A stretch of DNA of 64,000 nt from an uncultured Gammaproteobacteria bacterium (GCA_964551135.1 CAZKAT010000005.1:198522-262521); one strand, 5' to 3'. Positions 46,506 through 56,636 are shown, counted from the first letter of the stretch. The notes: generated by a model from the letters alone, not told the origin. Translations and numbers: made by a program.

Positions 46506-47431
46506 TATTCTTCTCTATGTATTTCATCATAGTCTACTTTTATACCATCATGCAGATCCTGAGTAAAAGCAAAAGCTACATCTTGGAAGGGTCTTGCTTC
46601 TGGATCAGCAGGAGCTTTGATGCAAATATTATGTCGTATACCTAAAATCTGCTTAAATTTTTCTATGAAAATATTTCTTAAATCAAACCATCTGACAAAA
46701 TTCTGACATAAAGCACCCTCAGAGTCTTCTGGCACTTTTCTTAAATACAATGGACCTAAATGCTGAAAACGGATAGTATCTACATTATGTTGCTGCCCTT
46801 GATCGGCACAGAATTTCAATGTCTTAAGTGCTTGTTGTTCCGCTTTATTTTCTGCCATGGTACGGAGTTCCTTTAAAGCATCTACATCTTTCATATCTGC
46901 TCTTGCTTTAAGTTCTCTAAGTCTTTCTTCGTATTGAGATATATTATTCTCTTTAAACCATTTAGTGTATAACTCTTTATCCGTAAGGGATTGATCGGTC
47001 TTGTGTATATCAAATTGTCTCCAACTGAAGTAAGGCATTTTAAAACTTTTTGATTTTAAGTATCGATCTATTAAAATTTTAAAAAAATGATAGCTTGTTT
47101 TTGTAGAGTCTAATTTTCCAAATAGTTTCAAATCAGAAATTTGAGCTACCGCTTCTTTGAAACTATTTTTTGGGTATGTACTTGGACAACCTAAAACCAA
47201 AGCAAAGTCTTCGCTTGTTCCTTCTGATTTTTGTAGTTTCGCAACTTCTGCAATAGTTTCAAGAAATCTCATAGTAACTCTTTTTACATCATGTTTTGAA
47301 TGAAGACGTAAAGGTTCATCCCAAGATTTAACGACCTTAGCTTGATCTCTGGAGTCAGATTTAATAATAGTTGTTTGGAACCGAGAACTATCTACATTTC
47401 CTGTTATTGCTGCTGAAATTCCGTAATGCAT
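46502..47431 (-). CDS. Hypothetical protein.
   Basis: 309-aa ORF with no recognisable motif. It is convergent with the trpC-like gene, with a 4-nt overlap. Confidence 0.35.
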   Translation of the reverse strand: MHYGISAAITGNVDSSRFQTTIIKSDSRDQAKVVKSWDEPLRLHSKHDVKRVTMRFLETIAEVAKLQKSEGTSEDFALVLGCPSTYPKNSFKEAVAQISDLKLFGKLDSTKTSYHFFKILIDRYLKSKSFKMPYFSWRQFDIHKTDQSLTDKELYTKWFKENNISQYEERLRELKARADMKDVDALKELRTMAENKAEQQALKTLKFCADQGQQHNVDTIRFQHLGPLYLRKVPEDSEGALCQNFVRWFDLRNIFIEKFKQILGIRHNICIKAPADPEARPFQDVAFAFTQDLHDGIKVDYDEIHREEY

Positions 47432-47488
47432 ATTATCTCAAGGATAATATCATATTATGGTTATTATTTCAGTAATAATTGGTCTATT

Positions 47489-48538
47489 TTATATACTGTT
47501 TATGAGCTGAAGCAATGCTCCCATGCCAATTCCCTCTTTCACATGTCCCTCTTCATAGCGATCAAGAATTGAATTTAGTGTCAGTTGATTCTCACTAAGC
47601 ATACTAATTTGCTGATCTAATAAATGATTGCTTCTTATAGTTTCAGTGTCAGGATATTCTACTTCTAAATCTGGCGAGCAAAGCTGCAGAAGCTCTTGAA
47701 ATTTTGCTGATTTATCATTTGCTACCCAAGGAGTTGTAATGATTTTTACTTTGTTGCTTGTTGCTTGGCTATTGAGTTTTTTGATAAGAGCATAAACGGC
47801 AATCATCTGTGTGCCTCCGGCAAGGGTTACTTGAATATCATTATCCAAGCAAGTTTCAGCTAGTCCAGCAACGAAGGCTTGCATTGGGTCACCCATTGCA
47901 GCTAGTGCGGTTAAAGGATCATTAGTAATTTTTGCTTGGCATAATCCTTCACGAACTAGTTTTTCCTTTAAACTATGATTGCCATCGGGGAAGCTGCTAG
48001 AGAGCATTTGTGAGCATTGGTAACCTAAAGCTTCTAATAAACCTAAAGCTGTAGTTGTACCACCGACAACACATTCAGCAATAATCACATTCTGATATTT
48101 TCCTATGCTTTCTGTAAACTCTTTCCCTGCTTGATATAGTTCTAAGACTTCGCCGTAAGTCATTGCTTGACCGCTACTAATATCAGCACCTGGTTTCTCT
48201 CTGATTGAGATATATGGACACTGTGCTTTGATATGCGCGCCAGTATCTGCTATGAGAATATCTATGCCTAATAAATTTAAACAAGCTTTAGAAATTAATG
48301 CCGGGCTCACTATGCCATTAGGCGAAACAGGTAGAGAGCCTGTCCACAAAGTCCCATCTGCTGTGTTATGCTCGTTCCTCGGACTACTCATTGACGTCCT
48401 ATATCCATAATATATAAACTCAGCATCAAGCGCTGCAGTATAAGGAAGTAAATCATGCGAAGCACCTGCAGCAGAGATACCCTGATGTTTAATGGTGTCT
48501 GTGCCTGAGATTACAAGTAGGAAGAGAGTGTCTTGCAT
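47489..48538 (-). CDS. CobT-like protein of the UPF0284/TIGR00303 type (putative nicotinate-nucleotide:dimethylbenzimidazole phosphoribosyltransferase homolog).
   Basis: LVISGTDT...GISAAGAS, IAECVVGGTTTALG and LAGGTQM are collinear with the archaeal-type CobT-like family. Confidence 0.6.
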   Translation of the reverse strand: MQDTLFLLVISGTDTIKHQGISAAGASHDLLPYTAALDAEFIYYGYRTSMSSPRNEHNTADGTLWTGSLPVSPNGIVSPALISKACLNLLGIDILIADTGAHIKAQCPYISIREKPGADISSGQAMTYGEVLELYQAGKEFTESIGKYQNVIIAECVVGGTTTALGLLEALGYQCSQMLSSSFPDGNHSLKEKLVREGLCQAKITNDPLTALAAMGDPMQAFVAGLAETCLDNDIQVTLAGGTQMIAVYALIKKLNSQATSNKVKIITTPWVANDKSAKFQELLQLCSPDLEVEYPDTETIRSNHLLDQQISMLSENQLTLNSILDRYEEGHVKEGIGMGALLQLINSI

Positions 48539-48619
48539 TAGTTTAATAATACAGTAATGTCATTTATGTTGAAAATGACGCAGACGCGTGCGACGTCAGG
48601 GTGCGTTATAATTAGCTCC

Positions 48620-50215
48620 ATGTCTAACCCCGTTGAAGATTTGAAAATTAAGCACGGAACTTTAGAAGTTTGGTCACATATAGAAGAAGCATCTAAGATT
48701 GGATTCTCGGCTGTGGATCCTGAACGTGTACCTTTATTTAAGTGGTTTGGAATTTATGGACAGAAGCCTAATGAAGAAGGTAACTTCATGATGCGCATTA
48801 AGATTCCAGGTGGTAGATTAACCATTACTCAATTAGAAAAGGTCAATGAAATAGCTGAGCGCTATGCTCGTGGAATAGCTGATATTACAACTAGGCAAGC
48901 AATCCAGCTGCATTGGATAAGAATAGAAAATATTCCTACTATACTCAAGGAACTTGCAAGCGTTGGTATGGATACTGCAGGTGGTTGCGGGGATATATTG
49001 CGTAATGTTACAGGCTGTCCCCTGGCAGGTTTGCTGCCAGATGAGATCTTCGATGCCACTCCAGAGCTGATAAGCATTGATAAGTTTTTTACTCGTAATA
49101 AGGATTTCTCGAATTTGCCGCGTAAGTATAAGATGTCGGTGACTGGTTGTTCTACTTGGTGTTCTCAGCCTGATATCAATTGCATTTCATTAGTTGGAGT
49201 GAAGCATCCAAGTAAGGGTGAGTTAGGTTTCACTCTGAAAGTTGGTGGTGGACTTAGTACTAAGCCAATGATTTCTAAGAATTTCCCGGTCTTTATTAAA
49301 CGCGAGCAAGCACAAGCAGTAACTATAGCTGCGACTACTGTCTATAGAGACCATGGTTTTCGTGATAAGAGAGCTAAATCTCGTATTAAGTTTCTAGTAG
49401 ATGAGTGGGGAGTAGAAAAGTTCTTAGATGAATTAGAAAAAGTTCTCGGTTATAAACTTGAAAGAGTTCCTATGATTCGTACTATGGATACAGGTGTACC
49501 AGAATATTTTCCTAGTCCAGAAGTCTCTCACCATGATCATTTGGGGATAAGTAGATTGAGAAATGGTAATTACGCTGTGGGAGTAGCGTTTATCAGTGGC
49601 AGATCTCATAGTCCTGACTTAGGAAATATCGCGAAACTAGTTCGTCGTTACACTGAGAATGGTGAAGTGCGTACTACTAATAAACAGAACTTGATTATTG
49701 TTAATGTGCCTGAAGAGAATTTAGAGAATCTCTGTACTGAAGCTAAAGTTTTGGGTCTTAAGATCGAACATTCAGCTTTCTATCGCTTAGGTGTAGCTTG
49801 TACTGGAACTGAGTTTTGTAATCTTGCGATCGTGGAGACTAAAAGCAAAGCCAAGAATTTATTAAATTACCTTAATGATAGATTCCCTGATATGCAAGAA
49901 CAGTTAATGATTTCAGTTACTGGTTGTCCTAATAACTGTGCACAGTATTCTATTGCAGATATTGGATTAGTAGGTTGTAAAGTTAAGGGAGATGACTCAG
50001 GTGAAATGCAGGATGCATTTAGAATCTTTTTAGGTGGAAGATTATGTAATAACGCACAGTTCGGTAAACCCCTAGAGGGAAGATTCTTACATAAGGATAT
50101 TGAAATAACACTTAGTACCTTGCTAGAATATTATTTAAATAATAAAAAAGAAACTGAGGTTTTTAGAGACTTCATAGATAGAGTAGGAATCGATACTATT
50201 CAAGTTGCTCTATAA
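48620..50215 (+). CDS. sir: Sulfite reductase hemoprotein (siroheme / 4Fe-4S), ferredoxin-dependent NirA/Sir type.
   Basis: N-terminal KWFGIYGQ block. Two NiR/SiR repeats. The cluster-ligating cysteines are SVTGCSTWCSQPDIN and SVTGCPNNCAQ. I moved the start to the ATG at 48620, which drops a 21-aa extension over a GC-rich leader. Confidence 0.8.
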   Translation: MSNPVEDLKIKHGTLEVWSHIEEASKIGFSAVDPERVPLFKWFGIYGQKPNEEGNFMMRIKIPGGRLTITQLEKVNEIAERYARGIADITTRQAIQLHWIRIENIPTILKELASVGMDTAGGCGDILRNVTGCPLAGLLPDEIFDATPELISIDKFFTRNKDFSNLPRKYKMSVTGCSTWCSQPDINCISLVGVKHPSKGELGFTLKVGGGLSTKPMISKNFPVFIKREQAQAVTIAATTVYRDHGFRDKRAKSRIKFLVDEWGVEKFLDELEKVLGYKLERVPMIRTMDTGVPEYFPSPEVSHHDHLGISRLRNGNYAVGVAFISGRSHSPDLGNIAKLVRRYTENGEVRTTNKQNLIIVNVPEENLENLCTEAKVLGLKIEHSAFYRLGVACTGTEFCNLAIVETKSKAKNLLNYLNDRFPDMQEQLMISVTGCPNNCAQYSIADIGLVGCKVKGDDSGEMQDAFRIFLGGRLCNNAQFGKPLEGRFLHKDIEITLSTLLEYYLNNKKETEVFRDFIDRVGIDTIQVAL

Positions 50216-50251
50216 GCTAAGGAGTATTCTATTATCAAATGAGGATTAGCG

Positions 50252-51097
50252 GTGAATTATTCTGAGAGAAAAATAATCAGTAATATAGAAAATAAATTTA
50301 TTCCGCAGAATCCACCGGAATGGAATTTACTTGGGGAAGATTTTGAAGCTCCTGAGAAAATAGATCCCAATGCAGAATTGGATTTTTATAATCTGAATGT
50401 TATTCATGCTTATCAAATTTTAGAATATACGGTTGCTGAACTGTTAGAAGTTGGGGAAATAGTATTCTTAACTGCTTTTGGTGCGGAAGGTTGTTTGCTT
50501 CTGAAAATTTTGGCTGACTTAAGAGATGCTGGAAAATTTGCTAGAGGTAAATTTATCAATATTGCAAATTTAGATACTGGGTATCAATTTAAGGAAACCC
50601 TAGAGCTGAAAGCTAGACTGGAAGAGCGTTATAAGTTTACTATCAATATGATTCAACCTACATTAACTGTTCCCGAGCAGGATGCTAAATATGGTAAGGA
50701 TCTCTATAATACTGATCCCGATCAATGTTGCTATATGAGGAAGCTGGTGCCTCTAGCTAATTTACTTCAAGGTAAATATGCTTGGATCACTTCTATAAGA
50801 CGTGAGCAGACAGAGTATCGTGCTCGTGCTCAAGCGTTTGAGTATGATTCTAAGTTTAAGCTTGGTAAGATCAATCCACTAATACATTGGACTAAATCTA
50901 ATGTATGGAAATTTATTCATGAAAATAAAGTTCCTTATAATCCTTTATTAGATGAAGGTTACGATAGTATTGGCTGCGAGCCCTGTACTAGTCCTGGTGA
51001 GGGTCGTAAGGGACGTTGGGCAGGTAAGGACAAGATAGAGTGTGGATTGCATATTCAAGATTCTGAGATGAAACAAGGTGGGGAGTTTACTATATGA
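50252..51097 (+). CDS. cysH: Assimilatory APS reductase (CysH family, the iron-sulfur-cluster-containing APS-type).
   Basis: It has the PAPS-reductase fold, plus the CC...CxxC cysteine set (DQCCYMRKLVPL and SIGCEPCT) that marks APS-type rather than PAPS-type CysH. Confidence 0.75.
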   Translation: MNYSERKIISNIENKFIPQNPPEWNLLGEDFEAPEKIDPNAELDFYNLNVIHAYQILEYTVAELLEVGEIVFLTAFGAEGCLLLKILADLRDAGKFARGKFINIANLDTGYQFKETLELKARLEERYKFTINMIQPTLTVPEQDAKYGKDLYNTDPDQCCYMRKLVPLANLLQGKYAWITSIRREQTEYRARAQAFEYDSKFKLGKINPLIHWTKSNVWKFIHENKVPYNPLLDEGYDSIGCEPCTSPGEGRKGRWAGKDKIECGLHIQDSEMKQGGEFTI

Positions 51098-51696
51098 ATA
51101 AACTTTATCCGGTATTTCTCAAGCTTAAGGATAAGAAGGTTCTTATAGTAGGTGGTGGCATGATTGCTTTACAGAAGCTTGTAGGTTTGCTTAACACTGA
51201 AGCTTATATAACTATAATTGCACCTACTATTATTGATGAGATTCGTGCTTGTCGAGGAGAGTTTCCTGATATTAGAAGTATCAAGTTTATCGAGAGAGAT
51301 TATCAGTTCGGTGATGAGAAGGATTTCTATATGGTGATTGCTGCAACTAATCTTCCTGAATTGAATAACAGTATCGCTAATAGATGCAGAGATCAAAATA
51401 TCTTGGTTAATTCTGTTGATCAAGCAGAGTATTGTGATTTCTATGTGCCGAGTATTGTTGATGCTGGTGATATTAAGATAGCTATCAGTACCAATGGCAA
51501 AGCACCTTCTGTGGCTCAGAAAATAAGAAAGGATTTAGAGAATGTTATTCAAGAGAAATATTTATCACTAGTAGATATCATCCATGAATTTAGAGAAAAA
51601 GTTCAAGCTAAAATTGCTGGTGATGATAATGTAGTGCGTAGATCTAAGCTGATACGTTGGTATACAGATAGAGTATTTAGGGAGCGACTGGAATAA
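51094..51696 (+). CDS. Precorrin-2 dehydrogenase / sirohydrochlorin ferrochelatase (the siroheme synthase N-terminal domain type, SirC / Met8-like).
   Basis: VFLKLKDKKVLIVGGGMIALQK matches the Rossmann segment of CysG-N / SirC. Its start overlaps the cysH stop. Confidence 0.7.
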   Translation: MNKLYPVFLKLKDKKVLIVGGGMIALQKLVGLLNTEAYITIIAPTIIDEIRACRGEFPDIRSIKFIERDYQFGDEKDFYMVIAATNLPELNNSIANRCRDQNILVNSVDQAEYCDFYVPSIVDAGDIKIAISTNGKAPSVAQKIRKDLENVIQEKYLSLVDIIHEFREKVQAKIAGDDNVVRRSKLIRWYTDRVFRERLE

Positions 51697-52574
51697 TGTC
51701 TAGAGGTACACAAGCATTACTCAGCTTAGTTGGAGCCGGACCTGGTGATCCAGAGTTGATTACTCTTAAGGCTATCAAGGAACTGAGAAGAGCAGATGTT
51801 ATTCTCTATGATAGTTTGGTGAATCCTAAGATATTTAATCTTGCTTTTGAAGGATTAGATAAATTACCAGAATTAATTTTTGTTGGTAAACGTAAAGGTC
51901 ATAAATCTATTAGCCAAGAAGAGATTAATAAACTTATACTTGAGCAACTTAGATTACATAAATATGTTCTTAGGCTCAAGGGTGGTGATCCTTTTATCTT
52001 CGCTAGAGGAGTGGAAGAACTGGCTGTAGCTAAGAAGCATGGTTATGACTATAAGGTTATACCTGGCTTAACTAGCGGACTTGCAGTACCAGTTGCTCGC
52101 GGTATCTCCTTGACTTTAAGAGAGAGTAGTGACTCAGTTACTTTGGTCACGGGACATAATCCAACTGACGATCAAATAGAAAATTGGGCAAGAATTTTAG
52201 ATAGTGGTGCGACAATTGTGATTTATATGGGACTCAGTAATGTAGTAAAAATTATTGATGGCTTGAAAGAAAATCTTGATCTAAGCTTGCCAGTAATTGC
52301 TATTCATAATGGAACTCTTGATGATGAAAAAGTAGTAACTAGTGTTTTGGGAAGCTTAACTCAGGATATGATTAATAGTGGTATTCAATCTCCTGCTATT
52401 CTAATTTTTGGTCAGCATATTAGTACTAGTTTGCAATATTCTGATAAAGCTGAGCTAAGAAAACTTTACGCTGATGATGCTAGTACTGGACAGTTTACTC
52501 GTCCTTTAGAAAGTAAATTAACTTCAATGTATCTGATTGATCATGCTGATGAGAGTCGGCTGGAATTAGGGTAA
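51696..52574 (+). CDS. cobA: Uroporphyrinogen-III C-methyltransferase (SUMT).
   Basis: LVGAGPGDPELITLKA...ADVILYD, LKGGDPFIFARG and the tetrapyrrole methylase fold. Confidence 0.85.
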   Translation: MSRGTQALLSLVGAGPGDPELITLKAIKELRRADVILYDSLVNPKIFNLAFEGLDKLPELIFVGKRKGHKSISQEEINKLILEQLRLHKYVLRLKGGDPFIFARGVEELAVAKKHGYDYKVIPGLTSGLAVPVARGISLTLRESSDSVTLVTGHNPTDDQIENWARILDSGATIVIYMGLSNVVKIIDGLKENLDLSLPVIAIHNGTLDDEKVVTSVLGSLTQDMINSGIQSPAILIFGQHISTSLQYSDKAELRKLYADDASTGQFTRPLESKLTSMYLIDHADESRLELG

Positions 52575-52632
52575 TTGTATAGGAAATATTAAGAAGCTTA
52601 TACGGCTAAGTCTAATGGGCTAAAATTAAGCT

Positions 52633-53856
52633 ATGAGTAATGCTACATTGAGTCCTGAGTTAAGCACGATGGCTATTGGTCTTGGTAAGAAAACCAGAAG
52701 AGCATACGGTTTTGATGAGATAGCTTTAGTGCCGGCAGGCAATACTTTAGATGTAGAGCTTTGTGATACTAGCTGGGAGTTAGGTGGTTTTAAATTTGAA
52801 GTGCCAATTATCGCAAGTGCGATGGATTCAGTAGTGAGTCCTGGTAACGCAGCTTTCATTGCTGAGCAAGGAGTGATGGCTGTACTTAACTTACTTGGAG
52901 TTTATACTCGCTACGAAGATTATTCAACTGTACTTCTAGAGATGTGCGCTGCTGATAAAACTGAGTTTGTTGAGTTGATGCAGAGAATTTATAAAGAACC
53001 TATCAAGAAAGAATTAATTGCTAAAGTGATTAAACAAATCAAAGCAAGTTATAAAGATAAATCAAAGCCTGTGGTAGTATCGATTGCACCGTATATGGCT
53101 AACGAATATGGTCCAGTAGTAGAAGCAGCTGGCGCTGATATATTAGTGATTCAATCTACAGTAGTAGGACTTGAACATAAAGCATATAAAGCTAAACCTG
53201 GTTATGATCCTCAGTCGGAACTTAATCTAGAAGCATTTTGTAAACAATCTAAGATTCCTGTAGTAGTGGGTAATTGTGTGGATTATAGTATTGCACTTAA
53301 ACTTATGCGTACTGGCATTGCAGGATTGCTAGTAGGAATTGGTCCTGGTGCGGCTTGTACGTCTAGAGGTGTTTTAGGTATCGGTGTGCCTATGGCAACT
53401 GCGATAGCTGATTGTCGTCAAGCACGTGATGATTATTTCCAAGAGTCTGGACGTTACGTACCGATCATTGGTGATGGTGGTATGAATATCGGTGGTGATA
53501 TTTGTAAGGCACTTGCTTGCGGTGCAGATGCAGTGATGATTGGTTCGCCGTTTGCGCGTACTGAAGAAGCTCCTGCTCGTGGTTATCATTGGGGTATGGC
53601 GACTCCTAGTCCGGTATTACCGCGTGGTACAAGAATACACGTAGGAACTGATTGTTCTGTAAATGAACTCATTCACGGACCTGCTCGCAGAGACGATGGT
53701 AGCCAAAACTTATTGGGTGCTATTAAAACATCTATGGCAACTTTAGGTGCAGAGACACTTAAGGACTTTCAAGATGTAGAAGTGATTATCGCTCCAAGTA
53801 TTCTTACCGAAGGTAAGGTTTATCAACAAGCGCAGAAGCTAGGAATGTCTAGATAG
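52633..53856 (+). CDS. IMP dehydrogenase / GMP reductase family protein (GuaB-related).
   Basis: FDEIALVPA, PIIASAMDSV, GIGPGAACTSRGVLGIGVP (catalytic Cys loop) and IGDGGMNIGGDICKALACGADAVMIGS. At 407 aa it is probably too short to carry a CBS pair. Confidence 0.7.
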   Translation: MSNATLSPELSTMAIGLGKKTRRAYGFDEIALVPAGNTLDVELCDTSWELGGFKFEVPIIASAMDSVVSPGNAAFIAEQGVMAVLNLLGVYTRYEDYSTVLLEMCAADKTEFVELMQRIYKEPIKKELIAKVIKQIKASYKDKSKPVVVSIAPYMANEYGPVVEAAGADILVIQSTVVGLEHKAYKAKPGYDPQSELNLEAFCKQSKIPVVVGNCVDYSIALKLMRTGIAGLLVGIGPGAACTSRGVLGIGVPMATAIADCRQARDDYFQESGRYVPIIGDGGMNIGGDICKALACGADAVMIGSPFARTEEAPARGYHWGMATPSPVLPRGTRIHVGTDCSVNELIHGPARRDDGSQNLLGAIKTSMATLGAETLKDFQDVEVIIAPSILTEGKVYQQAQKLGMSR

Positions 53857-53957
53857 AGAGTATTTCCTAACTGTCATTGTGAACAATTGGTATAAACTTA
53901 AATGAATTCGTCATCCTACGGTACTCTCTTTAATGATGCTAGTGATATTATAATTTT

Positions 53958-54563
53958 ATGTCACAGATTCTCACCTCCAAAGAACTAATACTTGCTTCTG
54001 GTTCAGAGACCAGAAAGAAAATGCTTGAATCTCTAGGATTGAGTTTCAGGGTAGTTAAGTCTAATGTCGATGAAGAAGAGTTAAAGAAAACTATTCAAGA
54101 TTTTTCTCTAGTAGAGCAAGGAATGTATTTAGCTAAGGCTAAAGCTCAGTCAGTCTCTATTCTTCTTCCTTATGCATATGTTATTGGTGCTGATCAAGTC
54201 TGTGAATATAATGGACGTATGTTTGAGAAGCCTGGTAATAGAGAGAATGCTATTAAGCAACTTACAGAACTCTCTGGGCAAACGCATTACCAACATTGTT
54301 CAACTGCTGTTTATTTGGCTGATAAATTAATTTGGTCACACCAAGAGACAGCTAAGCTTACTATGCGTGATTTAAGCCGCTCAGAAATCGAAACCTATAT
54401 TGATATAGAACAACCGTTTAATTCTTGTGGTAGTTTTATGTTTGAGCAACATGGTAAACATTTATTCTCTAAGGTAGAAGGTGACCAGGATATAATTCTT
54501 GGTTTACCGTTAGTGCCGATGCTGGCTAAGTTTTATGAACTCAGACTGGTAAAAATGGCTTAA
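53958..54563 (+). CDS. maf: Maf-like nucleoside-triphosphate pyrophosphatase.
   Basis: LILASGSETRKKMLESLGL at the N-terminus and the overall Maf/Ham1 length of about 200 aa. Confidence 0.8.
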   Translation: MSQILTSKELILASGSETRKKMLESLGLSFRVVKSNVDEEELKKTIQDFSLVEQGMYLAKAKAQSVSILLPYAYVIGADQVCEYNGRMFEKPGNRENAIKQLTELSGQTHYQHCSTAVYLADKLIWSHQETAKLTMRDLSRSEIETYIDIEQPFNSCGSFMFEQHGKHLFSKVEGDQDIILGLPLVPMLAKFYELRLVKMA

Positions 54564-54653
54564 TATCTAGCAAATCTTAAAAAATTAGCAAGTATATATA
54601 CATTTTGTTAAAATTATCAATACATAACCTTTGGTTGTTATGTCATTAAAACT

Positions 54654-56093
54654 ATGGCCGCTAGCATCACTAGCTTGAATAGTCGTGCGAGTATTGAACC
54701 GCTTCTTGGGTCAGTGCCTAATTTAGACTTGAAACATGAACGATCTCAGCCAGATTTGGAACTAAGTCATCCTAATATCTCCTTAGATCTTAAACCGAAG
54801 ACTGTAGAAACTCCAACCCAAAGTAAGTTTTGGGATAAAGCAAAAAAATATGCAGGGATTGTTGATTCGCGAGAATCACTTGTGCGTTTAGCACTTGAGT
54901 TTTTTGGTGGTGATATCCCTTGGGTGTTAGCGGGAGCATTAAGGAACCGGGAATCGTTTTTTGAAAAGTTATTTGAGTGTAGTGTTTCTTTATCTTCTTT
55001 CTTGGTTGCACCAGCTTTAACAGGTTGGTTTGCTAAGCTTGGCGGTAAGATCTTTATGCCGGATAAATCTGGAGAAGAAATACTTTCTCTCATCAATCTT
55101 AATCGCCATGAGTTGCGGACTGAGAATGGCTTTAAGGAAGGAGTTAAGCGTGTTTTAGATGAAGAACCAGCAGATAAATTAAGAATAGCCCAGTTATATA
55201 GAGAGATAGGTAAGCAAGGACAAGCTGTTAAATATGATAGTGAAGCTGATAAATTACGAAAATTATTTACTGGACTTGAATACGACAAGGATCTAGCTGC
55301 TAAAGTTAAAAAAATAAAGGAGTTTACTACTTTAGCTGAAAGCCAGTCAGAGGGATTACTCTGGGGTGGATTTGGATTGATGCTTAGAGCATTTAGAAAG
55401 TATGTGCTCAAGCAAGATAGATTTACTGGAACAGAAAAGTATCTCAATGATAAAGAAGCTAAGAAAATTGGTCAGGGAGATGATTTGAAGCTATGGCAGA
55501 AAGTAGGTGGTTTCATGATGATGCCTTTACCTGCGGTTTTAAATTACTTCTTAATGAAACTGACTGACAATGAAGAGTTAGTGAAGAAAAATAAATTCTT
55601 GCAAATGGCAGATAAACATTTAGATATGACGCATGGTTTATTTCCTAAATTGGGCTTGATGTTTACTTATACTTCATTACCTAAGTGGATTGGTACTTTT
55701 ATTACTGCTCAAGGTTGGGATGAACTTGTAGAACGAGTGGTATCTTTTACTGTATTGATTTCATCTTGGTGGCAGGGACATAAACTGTTTAATGGATTTT
55801 TAGCTAAGCATTTTGATAAAAAGCTTTCGAAAGAATTTGGTACTGAACCTGGTCTAATGATAGATAAAGATTTCCATGGTCATACTTTTGTAGAGCCAGC
55901 TAGAATCCATCAGATCTTAGACAAGACTAAGAACAATAAAGCTTTAGAGCTTAAGGCTAAGGATGCTCATGCTAAGACCCTTTATGCGGGTATTACTATG
56001 CACTCAATATTTATATTTATACTGAGCCTTGCTGTTAATGAGTTCACAAGGTGGCGAGTGGAGAGCAAGAAAGCAAAATTAAAAACGGTGTAA
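54654..56093 (+). CDS. Hypothetical protein (orphan). Possibly a secreted effector if the organism is host-associated.
   Basis: 479-aa ORF with coding-like composition and no recognisable domain. Confidence 0.4.
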   Translation: MAASITSLNSRASIEPLLGSVPNLDLKHERSQPDLELSHPNISLDLKPKTVETPTQSKFWDKAKKYAGIVDSRESLVRLALEFFGGDIPWVLAGALRNRESFFEKLFECSVSLSSFLVAPALTGWFAKLGGKIFMPDKSGEEILSLINLNRHELRTENGFKEGVKRVLDEEPADKLRIAQLYREIGKQGQAVKYDSEADKLRKLFTGLEYDKDLAAKVKKIKEFTTLAESQSEGLLWGGFGLMLRAFRKYVLKQDRFTGTEKYLNDKEAKKIGQGDDLKLWQKVGGFMMMPLPAVLNYFLMKLTDNEELVKKNKFLQMADKHLDMTHGLFPKLGLMFTYTSLPKWIGTFITAQGWDELVERVVSFTVLISSWWQGHKLFNGFLAKHFDKKLSKEFGTEPGLMIDKDFHGHTFVEPARIHQILDKTKNNKALELKAKDAHAKTLYAGITMHSIFIFILSLAVNEFTRWRVESKKAKLKTV

Positions 56094-56594
56094 CTTATGT
56101 TCGCAATATTTAATAACGCTAAGCCCAAACTGACTGACTTCTAGTGATTTATTCCTGTCACATTCTCGTGGATCTTTAGTATTAAGATACTGAGGATTAT
56201 AATGACTCTGAAAACCAGGTAAATTTTGGAAGGCAAATTGTTTTAGCTGAAAAAATAATTCAGGTAAAACTTTATAGCGAGCTTTACTAAGTTCATTGGA
56301 GTTATACTTCACAGCTTCATTGCATAAGGCTATAAGATCATGATACATAGTAGTTTTATTCTCAGTGTTAATCTTATTAAGCTTATTAATAAAACTTTGC
56401 TCTATCTCTGTTTGATATTGTTTGTTGCTATCTATAATTTCTTGTTCTTGAGCTAGACTCTGCGCGACTGTACGTGAACTAGGTTGATTTGCTTCTGAAG
56501 TCTCATGACAACCGCTATTCACTAGTAATGTAGTGATTGCTAAGACTGGAAGTAATAAAGTACTCCGATTATAATTATTAATTTGCTGTGGCAC
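56079..56594 (-). CDS. Hypothetical lipoprotein or secreted protein.
   Basis: N-terminal LLLPVLAITTLLVNSGC looks like a signal peptide with a lipobox-like Cys. Confidence 0.4.
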   Translation of the reverse strand: MPQQINNYNRSTLLLPVLAITTLLVNSGCHETSEANQPSSRTVAQSLAQEQEIIDSNKQYQTEIEQSFINKLNKINTENKTTMYHDLIALCNEAVKYNSNELSKARYKVLPELFFQLKQFAFQNLPGFQSHYNPQYLNTKDPRECDRNKSLEVSQFGLSVIKYCEHKLHRF

Positions 56595-56636
56595 TGTTTA
56601 GATAATATACGTTGCTATCTAAGCTTGTCAATGATT

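Noticed and set aside
48557-48619. N-terminal 21-codon extension of the sulfite-reductase ORF (MSFMLKMTQTRATSGCVIISS).
   Set aside because: Homologs of the NirA/Sir type begin near MSNPVEDL. The extension runs through a GC-rich segment (GACGCAGACGCGTGCGACGTCAGGGTGCG) that looks like a leader or regulatory element rather than coding. The start is set at 48620.
48228-55447. ORFs at 48228-48410, 48862-49077, 51169-51423, 52626-52859, 53374-53589, 54767-55447 and 54790-55011 lie within or antisense to larger genes.
   Set aside because: Each is nested in a longer ORF (the CobT-like, sir, sirC-like, IMPDH-like and 479-aa orphan genes). None has a motif. The longest, a 226-aa ORF at 54767-55447, is Ser/Leu-rich antisense to a protein-like ORF.
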